From positions 1 to 64,000 of the forward strand of contig NIVC01001431.1 of assembly GCA_002269645.1 (NCBI GenBank): a DNA stretch of 64,000 nucleotides, in the 5' to 3' direction. This document shows positions 35,032 through 48,421 of the stretch, piece by piece. The DNA is from Macrostomum lignano (taxonomy: Eukaryota). Each line of letters begins with the position of its first letter. The first letter of the stretch is position 1. Below the pieces are notes generated by a model that was not told where the DNA came from, ran no database searches, and saw only the letters and a list, made by a program, of their open reading frames with translations. A program made the translations under genes and the position numbers.

Positions 35032-35300
35032 GGGGTTGTAGCCTGGTTGTTACAGCGTCGGACTCACGACTTGAAGGTCAGGGGTTCGATTCCCGATCCC
35101 ACTGGAACAATTTGTGTCTTTGAGCAAGACGCTTAACTCTGCATTTGCGTCAGTTCACCCAGCTGTAAAATGGGTGCCAGCATTGGGGTAATTGAGGCTG
35201 TGTGTGTGGCGACCCCCCAGGGACTGGACTAAGCAGCCTTCAGATGCACCGCGCAATACATGTAGCTGCTGCTGAGCTGTCGGTTGCACAACTGGCCCAA
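35032..35300 (+). mobile_element. tRNA-derived CORE-type SINE
   Basis: A-box-like TAGCCTGGTTG and B box GGTTCGATTCC, then TGTGTCTTTGAGCAAGACGCTTAAC...CAGCTGTAAAATGGG, which resembles the MIR/CORE domain. Confidence 0.75.
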
Positions 35301-36959
35301 TTGGGGCATATTGATATTCATACTGCTTTTGGTTTATAAAAGATTAACATAGAATCATAATTTTCTAATGAAAAAGCTTTATGAATATCTATAGAGCTAT
35401 AAAAAAGGCAAGTAATACCAAAAGACAAACGTTGGGTCTCCCTTCTATCAAAAGCAATAGCAATTTTTGTGCTGAAATTTTAGTCCTTGTGTGTACAGCG
35501 GCCAGCAGTGTGCACTCTCCGTGGCATTGGGGTTAACACCTTGGAGCTAGCGTGTGCGCTCTAGGCCAGAGTTTAAACTCACCTGCGCCAAGTCCACCAG
35601 CCGTTTTGCCGCAGCCACTGGATGTGCGACCTTCAGCACTTCGGCTGCCACCACTTCGTGTCCGACATGCCACCACCCAACTGGAAAAGTTACGCAAAAT
35701 TTACGTTAAAATTACGTTAAATATCAACAAAACTTTGGTAGAATATACGTAGATATTTTACGTAGATTTCACGTTGAAAGTGTCGCGTGAAAATGCTTTA
35801 AATCTACGTATCTGATTTTACGAATAATGTACGTATTATCTACGCAGGAGATTAACGTCCTAAAACAGCTTAATTAGCTCGTATAGTAATATAATCGTCA
35901 GGTTCTAATTAGATTTTAAGCCACAAACCATTGGTGCATATTTTTCTCACCACTTAACTTCTTCGGGCAAGCAATTTACAGTTTAATTTTTCTTAAATAG
36001 TAATTAAGTAATGGAACACAGAACGCGAAGATTAAAATATACTCTTAATTATATGTTTCTTCACTACATTTGACTGAATTAACGGTATTTTTTACCGTTC
36101 TGTTTCAAGTCGCACCCATAGTATGTTTTATTATTGGCATTATGAAATATATATATAACACCCAAGTATACAAAACTATAGAACATGAAAAAGTAAAGAC
36201 TGCAATGTTTGCACCTAATTTCAGCATGCAAAAAAGATTACTTAATTAAAAAATAGGAGCGAAAATAAATATTGAGAAAAGACACAAGAAAAAGTTAAAG
36301 GCTGAATTCAAATTTGCAAGATTCAAGGCAGGAAGAGAAACGGCACGCTTTTAGAGCAGGTGGCATCTGCAAGAATTAAGGTAGGAAGAGAAACGGAAGA
36401 GGCAAAAGTAACATTACGGGCTCGGCACGAGGATTCTATTTAGAAAATTGCCTTTCTACTCATATCTTGAATATATTTGTAACTGTTGTAGATTAGCTAC
36501 CATTAGTAGTGGATTAGTCTAAAAAGCAAGTCAAATCTCAAAGGCAAAGGAGCAATCAATTATTCCTAAAGTGCTCGTGAAAATTATTTTCCTAGATTGA
36601 AGATTTCTAGCATTGTAGTTTATTTCCCCCAAATAATTTTTTTAATGGGTAGAACTAATTTAGGAGTAGCTCTAGGTCTAGGTAATTGAGTTGGGTAGGG
36701 TAGGTAATAGGTGGAAAGTGACCTATCTTACGCTATTTTGTGATTTGGAGATGTTTTTTATACTTTTAAGTAAATAAGTAACTACTAACTGCATGGATTG
36801 ATTGTATACCACTGATTTCTTCACCATGTGTAGTTACTTCTGCAATATATAAGACTAAAATGCAACTGACTGAAATAATTCCGTCGCGGATTGTGGATCT
36901 CTATAACTACTAGCTTTCAAGTTTCAACAAACAAATAAGAACTAGTGCAAGGGAGCCAG

Positions 36960-38792
36960 CTAGGTCGCCTTAAGGCGGGCAGGCGCCTGACGGAGCCAGT
37001 CGGCAATGGCTGTTTTAACTATATTTGATTCGCACTTGCCCGACTTGCTACCCTGGGCTACCAGTCGCCTAACCAAGGAAATTGTGTTAGCAAAATCCTT
37101 GAAGGCAGCCTTTCCACCTCTTTTGCCTTCGTAATTAAAAGACGCAGCCAATTGCGTAGTGATAAACTTTGGCATTAACATAAAAACGGCTTTGCGCTGA
37201 GAATCAGAAACCATGCAGCCGATATAGGAGGCCAGCATGGTTGATTGTTTAGGAATCCTTAAGTACTGTTCCAGCTGATCCAATTCGTCCTTTGTGCTTA
37301 CTGGCAGCACAAAGGGCAAATTTAGCTTTGCAAGCTGGGGCATTTGACGACTAGCCGCCAGTTGTTTTAGCAGCTGGTTATTTTCCTTCGCTAAAGAAAA
37401 TGTGGAGCAAACTAAACGCATTAAAGTCGTCTCGTCATCTCCCGTGTAACGAAAGTTTTCCTCTGCGCAAAATTGCGACAAAAAACTTGTACCCAATGGA
37501 GCAGCATTATCCGCCCGTCGCGATGGGCTTGGAGTCAAATGACTGTCCAGTGGGCCTGGTCCAATGGTGTCGTCATCATCACTGGTGTATTCAAGCGAGC
37601 AGCCAGCTGCCGATTGTACCGGTGTAGCAGGACTGAATGGATGAGGTTAAAGAGCATGACAATTAAGCTTTCAAAAGCGAATATTTTAGTGGTTTGGATT
37701 ATACATTGAAATCACCCAGGCCCGCACTTACACCGACCGACCAGAGAAATTCATGCTAGCGGCTGTTTCTTGTCGTTGAACCGAGCTGCAGGCGCTTGCA
37801 GACCGTCCAGCTGCTGAGTGATTTGAGCTAGCGACGCTAGCACTAGCAGCAGATGCTTGCTTCTGTCGTTGAACAGAGTTGTAGGCGCTTGCAGACCGTC
37901 CAGCTGCTGAGTGATTTGAGCTAGCGACGCTAGCACTAGCAGCAGATGCTTGCTTCTGTCGTTGAACCGAGTTGTAGGCGCTTGCAGACCGTCCAGCTGC
38001 TGAGTGATTTGAGCTAGCGACGCTAGCACTAGCAGTAGATGCTTGCTTCTGTCGTTGAACCGAGTTGCAGGCGCTTGCAGACTGTCCAACTGCTGAGTGA
38101 TTTGAGCTAGCGAAGCTAGCAGCAGATGCTTGCTTCTGTCGTTGAACCGAGTTGTAGGCGCTTGCAGACTGTCCAGCTGTTGATGGATTTGAGCTAGCGA
38201 CGCTAGCAGCAGACGTCTCGTCATCTTGTCGATGCGAACTGGCACTGGCAGAACAACCATGGAGCGAAAATAGCGAGCCAATATCACCAACGTCCTCTTG
38301 CTGCAGCATATCAGTTTCGGATTCAGTCTCCGAATCGGATTTAGACTTCGACGACTCGTCATCACTTGATACATATTTATTCTTCTTACGCTTTTTCTGT
38401 GTTGGTTCCATATCGATAAGTCGATGAACTGGTTTTCTTTGCCTAGGTGCTTCTGAGTCAGTAGTCTCCAGACCAGGTGTATCCTCGCCCGCAGCAGCAG
38501 CAGCTTCTAGCTTCTTTAGCTTTTCGCGTGCTTTTCGTTCAGTTGATGCCATACCTAAGACTCTAATAGAGCATGAACGCCATAGTGGCTCAAGTGTAGC
38601 TGTAGGCTTTTCCATTTTTGAACGTAAAGAGGCGACTCGACTAGTTGATTGCGAAGTGGGGTAGGCAACACTGTCCGAAGCTAATAGCCAAATCGATGGT
38701 ACATAATCAACTGACTTGTCCTCCAGAAACTCGACTATTGTGAAAGCCTGGTTGCTCGAATGCATCTGAAAGTGGTGTAATAAGAGTAACAA
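36960..38792 (-). CDS. EnSpm accessory ORF2 (DUF4806-like C-terminus), probably two exons
   Basis: N-terminal FTIVEFLEDKSVDYVPSIWL, ~93-bp tandem repeats, and C-terminal LPVSTKDELDQLEQYL...FNYEGKRGGKAAF...IADWLRQAP. A probable short intron lies at ~37630-37735. Confidence 0.7.
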
Positions 38793-38939
38793 TCTTTTTA
38801 CTTGGGATTGGAATGATTATCGAAATCAGAGAAATCTTCAAGTATTTCAAGTATATTTCAGGAATTATATTTCAAATGAATTAATAATATATCTTGAAAA
38901 ACATTTACCTAGTTAAGCTTGTAATCCTAGCTGTTCCAG

Positions 38940-40925
38940 CTAAATCATTGGAACAATGAGCACTGACTCCTCGTCATAATCCTCACCAAGAGGCATAGCA
39001 AAAAGCTTTGTAACTGGATCTGTAAGCTCAAACATTACAAAAGTATCTGAGAGCTTTGAGGCAATGAAAATTCCAAGTGACTTGCTATTGCATGGAAAAT
39101 TAAAATAGTCTTCTTTTTGTTTGAAGCATCTTGCAATGACATAGATGGATGAACAATCAGCTCGAGTAAAAATCTTTGATAGCTTAGTAGCTACACCATT
39201 AAAACTAAAATAGCTGTCTCTCTGATGTTTGACAGATAGTTGCAGTCCTTGAAATTTAGCTTGGGCAAAAAAAATTGGTTGGAAATCAATTTGCAGTGCA
39301 ATGTTTCTTAGAAGGCAGTCACTCACTTTTTCAAAAAATTCAATGTTTTTCTGTTGAGAGCCTTGCAGATTTACAGTTGTAACTTGTGTTACTTCTCTAA
39401 TTCGGTTTACAAGCTGCATGAATGGCAAGTTACCACTTCTAACACGCCGCCTCAAGAAGCCAAGAGCATTTTCAAACCGAAAAGCACTAAAAGAGTCAAG
39501 ACAACCATATAACTCACAATCATCTGGAAGATGCAGCAGTGCATGCAAATTATAAACTAAGAAGATTCTAGAATAACTTTGCTTGCAACTTCGTAAATAA
39601 ACTCTAATAAGACGAGCAACCATGTTCTTCCTATGCCCTTCAATACTACTAGAGCACATAATTCGAGCAATAATGAAAAGTAGACAGAAGTTCCGAAAAA
39701 TTTGACGTGGAATCCAGTTATTTTTTAATGCACATATTCCAGTGTACAACAAGAAAGTACGAAACTCAGTTGCTTTCCATAATTTATACTGGGCAAGAGG
39801 TCTAGTCTTTCTGTTGAACTCAGAAGGCATAAATGTCCGTATTAACTCTAGCCTCTCTGAGATTGCTACTCGAGCCCTACTAGTCAGTCTAGAAATTCCA
39901 AGTGGACCACAATGCCAAAAAGAAATCATGCGCTTAACTACTCCAAGGCAAAGTAAATGCATGAAGTCATAGGGAAGCTGAGATATCATGTTGAATGTTG
40001 CAAGAGCCAATAGTGGAGATGTTCCTGAATGATGATGATGATCAATCTTTGAACGAAAAGACTGGTTACTTCTAAGTGGCACTACAGAAAAGTCATCAAA
40101 CACAATTCGACCTTCAACTCTTTGTCCACGGATAACACAACGATCACAGGAATAAAAAGCAGTATGTCCTTTAATACACTTGATAAGTGCTCGAGCAGGT
40201 GTATCAGCCAGAATATACTTCAAATTTAAACGTGTTTGACTTGGGTCTGACATAAGCTCATTGATTTCATTAATTAAAGGTGACATCAATTCTGAAGCTG
40301 TTGGTTTTACATGTCCTTGATAGATAGCAATGACAAAAGGTGTTTCATTAGATCCTAATAGTCCTAAGACTGCCCAGCAAGATGAAGTTGAAGACTTAGC
40401 AAGTGAGAAACCATCAACAAAAACAACCAAATCAGCCTGATTACAGAAGGAAAAGTCCTTATTGTTAAGAAAACACCTCAGACCAAAGTATGCTATTTGG
40501 CCAGTTGAAATAGCCTGGATAATTGGCTGAGGAAGATTTGCTTTCAAAAGTGTTTTACCACACTTGGGTAAAGTAGGATATTTCTCTTGTAGCCGTGGTA
40601 GTAGTACATCTAGACTATAGATAGGAATGTTGAATTTGATTACCCATTGTTTAATAAATTGATTTATGCTATCATCAGGAATACTATTTTCACTAGTAGA
40701 GCTTGCTTCTGGCCAAACATCAATAGATGTACTGCTTGCAATTGAACTTTGATCTATCTGATCTATAATTTCAGAACTGTTAGATCTAGATTGAAGATTT
40801 GGTCCATCAGTTGAACAAGCCTCTAAGAACAAAGATGCCTCTAATTCAGTTGATGCTGATTCCAAACAATTAGAATTAGACCTTGCTGTTCTTACTTGAT
40901 ATTTGCTATGAATAATCTTTTTCAT
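38940..40925 (-). CDS. EnSpm/CACTA-type transposase (661 aa, intact)
   Basis: VFVDGF, ADTPARALIKCIKGHTAFYSCDRC, YDFMHLLCLG, WKATEFRTFLLY, YNLHALLHL, FRFENALG. Confidence 0.92.
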   Translation of the reverse strand: MKKIIHSKYQVRTARSNSNCLESASTELEASLFLEACSTDGPNLQSRSNSSEIIDQIDQSSIASSTSIDVWPEASSTSENSIPDDSINQFIKQWVIKFNIPIYSLDVLLPRLQEKYPTLPKCGKTLLKANLPQPIIQAISTGQIAYFGLRCFLNNKDFSFCNQADLVVFVDGFSLAKSSTSSCWAVLGLLGSNETPFVIAIYQGHVKPTASELMSPLINEINELMSDPSQTRLNLKYILADTPARALIKCIKGHTAFYSCDRCVIRGQRVEGRIVFDDFSVVPLRSNQSFRSKIDHHHHSGTSPLLALATFNMISQLPYDFMHLLCLGVVKRMISFWHCGPLGISRLTSRARVAISERLELIRTFMPSEFNRKTRPLAQYKLWKATEFRTFLLYTGICALKNNWIPRQIFRNFCLLFIIARIMCSSSIEGHRKNMVARLIRVYLRSCKQSYSRIFLVYNLHALLHLPDDCELYGCLDSFSAFRFENALGFLRRRVRSGNLPFMQLVNRIREVTQVTTVNLQGSQQKNIEFFEKVSDCLLRNIALQIDFQPIFFAQAKFQGLQLSVKHQRDSYFSFNGVATKLSKIFTRADCSSIYVIARCFKQKEDYFNFPCNSKSLGIFIASKLSDTFVMFELTDPVTKLFAMPLGEDYDEESVLIVPMI

Positions 40926-42028
40926 AAGTTTTTTAACATTTCGTTCATGTTTTTTTGGTTATTAGGAACCATAGATGTGATATTACTGAAAGAAAGAGAA
41001 ATTGTAAAATAAATTAATAGGGTAAAAGTAAATATCAAAATTTAAAATATTCATAATTAAAGTTAAAATTATATTTCTCAGTACCACAGAATAACTATGG
41101 CAGATTAATGTGTTAGAGGATGCTCTAGTGCAATACGCAGCAATAGGTATTATTTATATATAAGACTTTTTTATTACTTTAGTTATAATATAAGAATAAT
41201 CAGCAAGGCTATCTAGTCTTTGCCAATAAAGCAAAACTATAAGATATATTTATTTTAAACTTTATTTAAAAATTTTGTTTATTTAGCCTATTAACATTGG
41301 TAGAATGGTAAATTTAATGATCTGGTTCATTATAAATTAGCAATAAATGTCAATTAGCAATAAATTAGCAATAAATGTCGAACCTAGCAATAAATATCAT
41401 TATAAAAAAGGAAAATATTTTGCTACCTACCAGTCTACCACCCACAACCAAATCTTGGCAAAAGCATAAAAAGTTATTATACTATAGTTAGCAACTAGCA
41501 AAAATAAAATATATAAGTACAATACAATTGACCAACAATTCTAGTTATTAGCTAAGCTAGTAGTCTGGTGAAACAATAGGTCAACAGCTACATATAGGCC
41601 AATAGACCTACTCAATAGCTAAATATTGACATTGTCAATGTCTAAGATTTCAGCATTTCAAGTAAAATTTGTAGGCCTGTGTAAATAGAAGGATAAGAAG
41701 GATGAGATGTAAGTAACCATCTGTTCTAGAACTTAATGCAATACAACAGATCTGCAGATTCCAGTTTAAATTATTGGGGCCAAACGATTCCCCAATGTGT
41801 TTATGAGTATGACTAGCAATCAAAATCAGCCAGAGACAGTGAGACTTTTAACTGCATGTTATAGTCGTGAAATCAAACAACAGCGACAAGAAATCTTATC
41901 ACCATTATACACTGTAACTATTAGAGTAATTCGCAATTGGAGTTACGTTTACATGTGTTAATTAATCCACCTCTCACTAACTAAACACTTCCATGTTTAG
42001 TCCAGTCCATGCATGTTTCCGGCCTGGG

Positions 42029-45000
42029 GGGTCGTTCGCAAATTCTAGGAGGAGCAAAATTTTAACAATTTTCCGAACATTTACTATTGTTACTGCCATA
42101 TTGAAAATAATAGGACACTTTTATCTGTCAATAAAGATAATTTTTGGGTTGAACTTTATCATACAAAAGTGTTTTTAATCATCTGGCGGTATTAAGCGAT
42201 AATTAGCGATGAAAAAATTCAAATTCAATCATTTCACCGATGTTAATTTTTGATACTACAAGATGTCTGTAGCTAAAAAAAGTTGTTGTTGTGTTGAAAC
42301 CTTGCTATATTACATTTAAAATGAAAGCTTATATAAATTTAATTTAAGAATTTTTTAAAGCTCAATAAACTGCACTACAAATGATTTTATAGACGCTTAA
42401 CTGTACGCCTAGCATTTCCGGTGGGATAGCCTCTTTGCGTCTCACAAAATGTATTTTTCGGCTGACGTCTAGAATGCGTGCTTAAAATGATACATTTTGA
42501 TGCAGATAATTAGAAAAACATGCCTTATTATCTTTTTGTAAAAAATTGTTATGAAATAGAGCACTATTGTTGATAAAAATAATTAAAAGCAACCATGCAT
42601 CGCAATAAACTCCTACTTTGAAGCACAAAATAAATATCCTGTAACCACACTAGCATTCTCCATGGAGCACCTTTTGAGCTGAAATTTTACAAAGATATCC
42701 AGTAAAGTAAACTGAGCAAATGATTTTTTTGTTTTTGAAAATACTTCAATTTGGCTATGTATCAGTTAGTTCATTGGACATATTTACTATATTTTTATTA
42801 AAATCCTTGTAACCAAGCTACAGAGAAACATGTGCAAAACTGGACCTTGAAATTTGACCTGAATGATCAGCAAATGTGTATCTCGAAATGATTTTTTTTG
42901 TTTTCATCAAGTCATTCTATGCTAATTTTTTCTGAAGGGAAAGATACCATATATTTAGAGTCAATAGGGGAAGCATTTAAACTTATTCAATAGTCATTAA
43001 AATTGCAACTATATTATTATAATATAGTAATACTATTATACATGTATTATATAGTAATATTAACTTCTAAGATGCCCTTATAAATTTAAGTAAAGACAAC
43101 AGGCCTTAATTAATTAATCAGCATTTTGAAGAAACTGACTTTATACAGATGGGCCCCAAGCTAAGAAATGAATGTAGAGCTTATTTCGTGTAAGGTATAA
43201 AAATCAATTTATTATAATATTAAATACTCCTAATAAATTGGTTAAATTAGTTATTTACCTTGAATTAATTTAATTTAATAATTAAATATATAAATTTGTT
43301 TCACTTCTTACTGCATTTAAATAGAGTACCTCTCTACTATACTATAGAAGTATAGTAAAAGTATGGTAAAAAAGTATAGTAAAAAATTTTCTTTGGTTTA
43401 ATCCCAGCTTGCTTCAGTTTTTTAGTCTTAATACGAGCTAGATAGTAAGTGTTGATTAATTTGCTCCATCACCTTTTGCCACGGAAACAGCACATGTCGG
43501 ACATGCAACACTCTTCCTGATCCCTGGATTCAAGATGACTGCTTCTGCTTCTTCAATGCTTGAAAACTGAGCTCATGGAGCTTTAGGTTATGCTGTCAGA
43601 GTGCTGCTGCCGGTGCTGTGTGTGTATGTGTGTGTCTTCTGTGGGTAGGTTCCCTGTCCCTCAGTTTAGCCACTGTGGTGGGCTAACTGGAGGAATTGCC
43701 GTTGTCGGTGCTGCAGGTGGCACTACATGGTAGTATTGACGCTGTCAGTGACGCTGGCAAAGGCTTGGACGAAGCTAGGTGCCGTCATTGTCAGAAGGAC
43801 ATGCGTGTGCTGCTTAGACCAGTGCGCAAATTCGACTGGACTCGTATCTGGTGCAGTCTGGTGTATTCACTGAGATTGTGTGGATCTGCCTCCTCGCATC
43901 ACCTCAACCAGGCTCAATTTCTTTTGTAGAATTTTCGTGCGCTGCTTAACTGCATCTTGTGCCTGCTGAGTGATGCCAAGAATTGTGCCACACAATAATT
44001 TGGCCCATAAACTACTCGTATATTATACATATGTATGCACAGCACACACACACGCAGTTCATTCATATTAAATGTACTAGTTAATGGAATTCTCATCTCA
44101 TGAGCTCTAGTCTATGGACAAACCTGAAATTACTAGAATATCTAGATAGAACTAAACTTCTTTGAGCAGCGCGCTGCGCTGCGAGCAAAATACATGTAGA
44201 TTCCTTATAGCGCAACTAATTACTGAAGTAAAAGTGTAGTACAGTCTACAGCCTGAAGTAGCCTGTGTAAGATGCGGAGGGATGATTTTTGCATAGGAAG
44301 CCACTAAGGTAAGGTTGATGGAACTATGGGGAGGTGAGAGATTCAAAGCGAGGGACGGAAGCCATGCATAGGTCGATCATAAGTTTGATTATTGCAAGAG
44401 TCTGGGGATGCATTAACGAGAGGCGGCATAGAAATAAAGCGGGCTAAATATATTAATACACAAAATTACATGTACTAGCTAGTAATTTCAGAATGGTCAG
44501 CGACTCCTCCGATTTGTATCCGCGACCGCATGCCCACAAATCCCCCGGCAGACCCTGTCGCAGTTGGTGGTTGTGCACAGAATACAATGTTAATTTTCGA
44601 GCTTCTCTGCAAAAAATGCGTGATGCACTCAAGATGCGTGCTAAAGTCTACTTCTTTGATTGATGGCTGGGTTTTGCCTTTTCGCTTGTGATCATCAAAA
44701 GCTTGGGCGTCATTGCTACTGGTGTTTCAGTGTGCGCATTATGTCTGGTCATCATATTATGTGCATGTGCAGTGTCTTTTACCTACATTTTTGTTTGTCT
44801 CTGTTTCCTGCATGCTCTTTCGCATTTTTACACCTCGCACATCCTCATTTTTCTCAATTAACAAGTGAAATCTTTTCTTAAAGACTAATTGCTATTTTAG
44901 TTAAGCTAGTAGGTTTTTGGTAATTAAATAATTCAATTTTGTCTATTTTCCAAAAAGTTTCAAAAAATGAATTAATTAAAATAAATTTGAATAATTTTAA

Positions 45001-45826
45001 GTTAATTGGAGTAAAATGTCTAATAAGTAACTATAATTTTTTATTTTAAGTACATGTAGCTTTGGTATAAGTATTAATGTATTAAGTACTTAAAGTAAAA
45101 TCAAGCAAGTTATAGTTTTCAGAAATTATGCTGCAAATAATCAAATATATACTAGAATCCGAATTCCTTTATTAAGGAACATGCAGTTGATATTAAATCC
45201 ACAATGTGCTTTTTGGTGTTCAAGAATAGTTCCCTGACTTTTTCTATTATTAGTTAGATTTTATTATATTTAATGTAAAAATGAACAATTCTATTCACCG
45301 TAAAAATGAACATTCTTTATTTGTCGAATCATCTTGACTTTGAAAAGATACATAGTGAAAACTTGATTTTTAATTTAACCTTTCAAGACTTATTTAGACT
45401 TCTTAATTCAGTGATTAGTTAAACTGATCGAAGTCCTTTCGAGTGCATGCTATAATAATTTCGCACTTTTTCGCACACGATAATTTTAAATGTCTGGGAT
45501 TTAGAGCAGAGTAGCAAAATGCTGTGCTCAAAAACATTTCCTTTGTCAATTTCTTGTTCTTTTATTTTTGCAAAAGAAATTTAACTGCATATTTAAAATA
45601 AAAATAGAAGAAAATTTTATTTTCTCTTCAATATTTTTGTCGTTTATTTTCCGCAACAAAGAATAACAAATAGCCTTGATTTCTTCTCAATTTCAAGTTT
45701 TCTTGTGGTTTTAGTAGCAGCTTCTTACAGAAATTGTCGAAATAATTTTTTTTGTACGATTATTGGTCGATGTATAAACTTTTTTTGCAATTACAAAAAG
45801 TTGTGACCTAGCTTTGAGAACGACCC
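42029..45826. mobile_element. Nested non-autonomous TIR element, Sola2-like
   Basis: Imperfect TIR GGGTCGTTC(G/T)CAAA..CTAGG with 4-bp TSD TGGG (42025-42028 and 45827-45830); no transposase seen. Confidence 0.6.
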
Positions 45827-46352
45827 TGGGCGCGAACGCGAATGGAAGAGTAAATCAGTTTGAAATTTAGATTTTAAAACAACACGTTAAAACAAATATA
45901 ACTCTAATTTTTTGTTGTATGCTCAGGAAAAAAATTGTGAATTATCCCATTAAAAGAAACACTTAATCTAATTTAATAAAACACTAATTGCATAAGGCAA
46001 ATCATTGACCACAATCGTTATTGCTGCCTTTACGCTTCTGCTCAAAGAGAAGACCTTCGCGAAAGTATATGATGAACCTGTTCAAATATGCAGACAATAT
46101 TCAAAAATAAAATACTGTGGAGCAAATTTTAGTTAAAAGTTGTTTGTTATATATATCCATGGAACACGAAAATTATACGTAATACCCACGAACAACATTC
46201 ACGTAAAATTTACGTTAAAAAAATCTACGTATATTTACGTAGATAAACCAAGCTTTCCAATTGGGCACAGGCCGCGGTTCGCTAGGACGAGGGCGTCGTC
46301 CCACTCTGTGAGGTTGAGCTGAGTCACCTGCGGATCCGGCACCACTACCGGA

Positions 46353-47629
46353 TAGGGGGCGACCCAGTCCCGGGCCCGGGCCCGAAAAAAGTCGGGAAAT
46401 CGGGACAAGTCTTTTTTCCCTAAAGGCACTAACCGCGTGCAAATAAGAATAAACTCAAGACTCAAGCACTGCACGACTGCAGTAACAGTAATAGATGATA
46501 TGATGTGAAGTAGCAATATCATTGATTCGTAGTAGGCTTCTAGCGTGAGCGTCAGCCACAGCCAGTTTCCACTTTCCAAGAAGATTGGATTTTTTCCAGG
46601 AAGATAAGATTTAAACATAGTTTTGCAATACTTTTTTGCAATTTTGATTCCACTTTACACGCTGCAGCCTAATAGCAAAAATATGATTCTTTATTTAAAA
46701 AGTTGATTTGTCATTTTTAAGCTTTTGTAAATAAAATTTAAATTTCTTATTTAAATTCCAAGAAGTACCTACCAAGGGCCAAGGCTACCATTTTTCCAAG
46801 AAGTTTGCTATCTATCAGAGTTTGTAATTGTGTTCGTATTTGTATTGTAGTCATAGTCGTAAACTCATAGTATCGTATTCGTAATCATATTTATATAGGT
46901 AGGTAGGTGAGCAGGTAGGCAGGTATCAGCTAATTACTTGTATTTTCATTGTCTGTTTGCCTGTTCTGTTGAGTGTTGTGTTGTGTTGTCACTTCACTTG
47001 TGTTCTGTTCTGTTGTCTTGTCTTGTTGTCTTACTGAATACAGACTGTGTACATGGCTCTTTACATTGAAGCTATGTAAAGGAACTAAAAATTCAAATAA
47101 AAGAATCAATTGATTTGGTTCTTACTTCCTTATTGCTTCCAATGCCAAGTGCCTTACACTTAATGCTTCAGCTTTTCTTCTTTTTGCTTACTGCCACTGC
47201 TAGCCACACTGCCGCAGTGTCTGCTTGCCTACCTCACTGCCTGTTAGTGTCACTGTCACTGGCACACACAGTACTTGTGCCACAGTGACATTGAATTTGA
47301 ACTATTGAGTATATTGATATTTGAGTATTAAGTATTGTAATGTAAGTCTTATCTATTCCTAAGTCTTAACTAATGTATTAAATAATAATAATATTTAATA
47401 TATTTATATATTATAATATATTTAATATATTATATTATATTTAATATATTTATATATTTATTATATATTTAATAGTAATCTGCATATGCTAAAAGTATTA
47501 AGATTTATTATGATGATTTTTTTCCAATTATTGAGCTGTCTTGAAGATCTTGTCCCAAATTCCCAAGGCCCAACCCGGGCCCGAGTCCTCATTCCCGGGC
47601 CCGACTTTGGCCATCCCAGTCGCCCCCTA
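46353..47629. mobile_element. hAT-type non-autonomous element (1,277 bp) inside a PHLPP exon
   Basis: TIR TAGGGGGCGAC, 8-bp TSD CTACCGGA/CTACTGGA (7/8 match), subterminal CCCGGGCCCG motifs. Confidence 0.85.
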
Positions 47630-47749
47630 CTACTGGATGAAGGGAGGACTAGCCCAGTATCCTGGTGCACCTGTATGAGGAAGTATTGTGTGCATAATGT
47701 ACATGCATAAATGGTGACTTCACAAACTTCTGTAATTTACTCGTTGGTG

Positions 47750-48205
47750 AAACTAATAGTTGGTGAACTCACTAATAGTTGGTGAACTCACTAATAGTTG
47801 GTGAACTCACTATATTTGGTGAACTCTGTAGTTGGTGAACTCACTAATAGTTGGTGAACTCACTATAGTTGGTGAACTCACTATAGCTAGTGAACTCTAT
47901 ATATTTGGTGAACTCTCTGTAGTTGGTGAACTCACTAATAGTTGATGAACTCACTATATTTGGTGAACTCTCTATAGTTGGTGAACTCACTAATAGTTGG
48001 TGAACTCACTAATAGTTGGTGAACTCACTAATAGTTGGTGAACTCACTATATTTGGTGAACTCTGTAGTTGGTGAACTCACTAATAGTTGGTGAACTCAC
48101 TAATAGTTGGTGAACTCACTGTATTTGGTGAACTCTCTGTAGTTGGTGAACTCACTATAGTTGGTGAACTCACTATAATTGGTGAACTCACTATAGTTGG
48201 TGAAC
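47750..48205. repeat. ~19-bp minisatellite (TAGTTGGTGAACTCACTAA)n
   Basis: Tandem intronic copies. Confidence 0.95.
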
Positions 48206-48421
48206 TCACCTGCACTGGCCATTCACGCGGCCATCGTCAGTGACGACACCGCCAGCTTTTGTGACTCTCGTTGCTTCGTCACGGTCTCGCTGGGCCAGGA
48301 AGCAGCGGGTGAGCCGGCGCCCAGCTCCATCTTCAGCTTCCGGAATCCGCGGTCGCTGAACAGCAGGGCTTCAACGTCACCTGCATTGGCGGCTGTCACC
48401 TGAGGTTTAATGGCAATCGAA

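Larger units (their letters stand above)
35676..46265 (-). mobile_element. CACTA/EnSpm (CMC superfamily) DNA transposon, 10.6 kb
   Basis: TIR CCCAA(C/T)TGGAAA, 2-bp TSD CA (35674-35675 and 46266-46267), subterminal ACGTA repeats, and a transposase plus a second ORF. Confidence 0.9.

Noticed and set aside
35032-35105. Functional tRNA gene
   Set aside because: Imperfect cloverleaf and directly followed by a CORE-like domain, so better explained as a SINE head.
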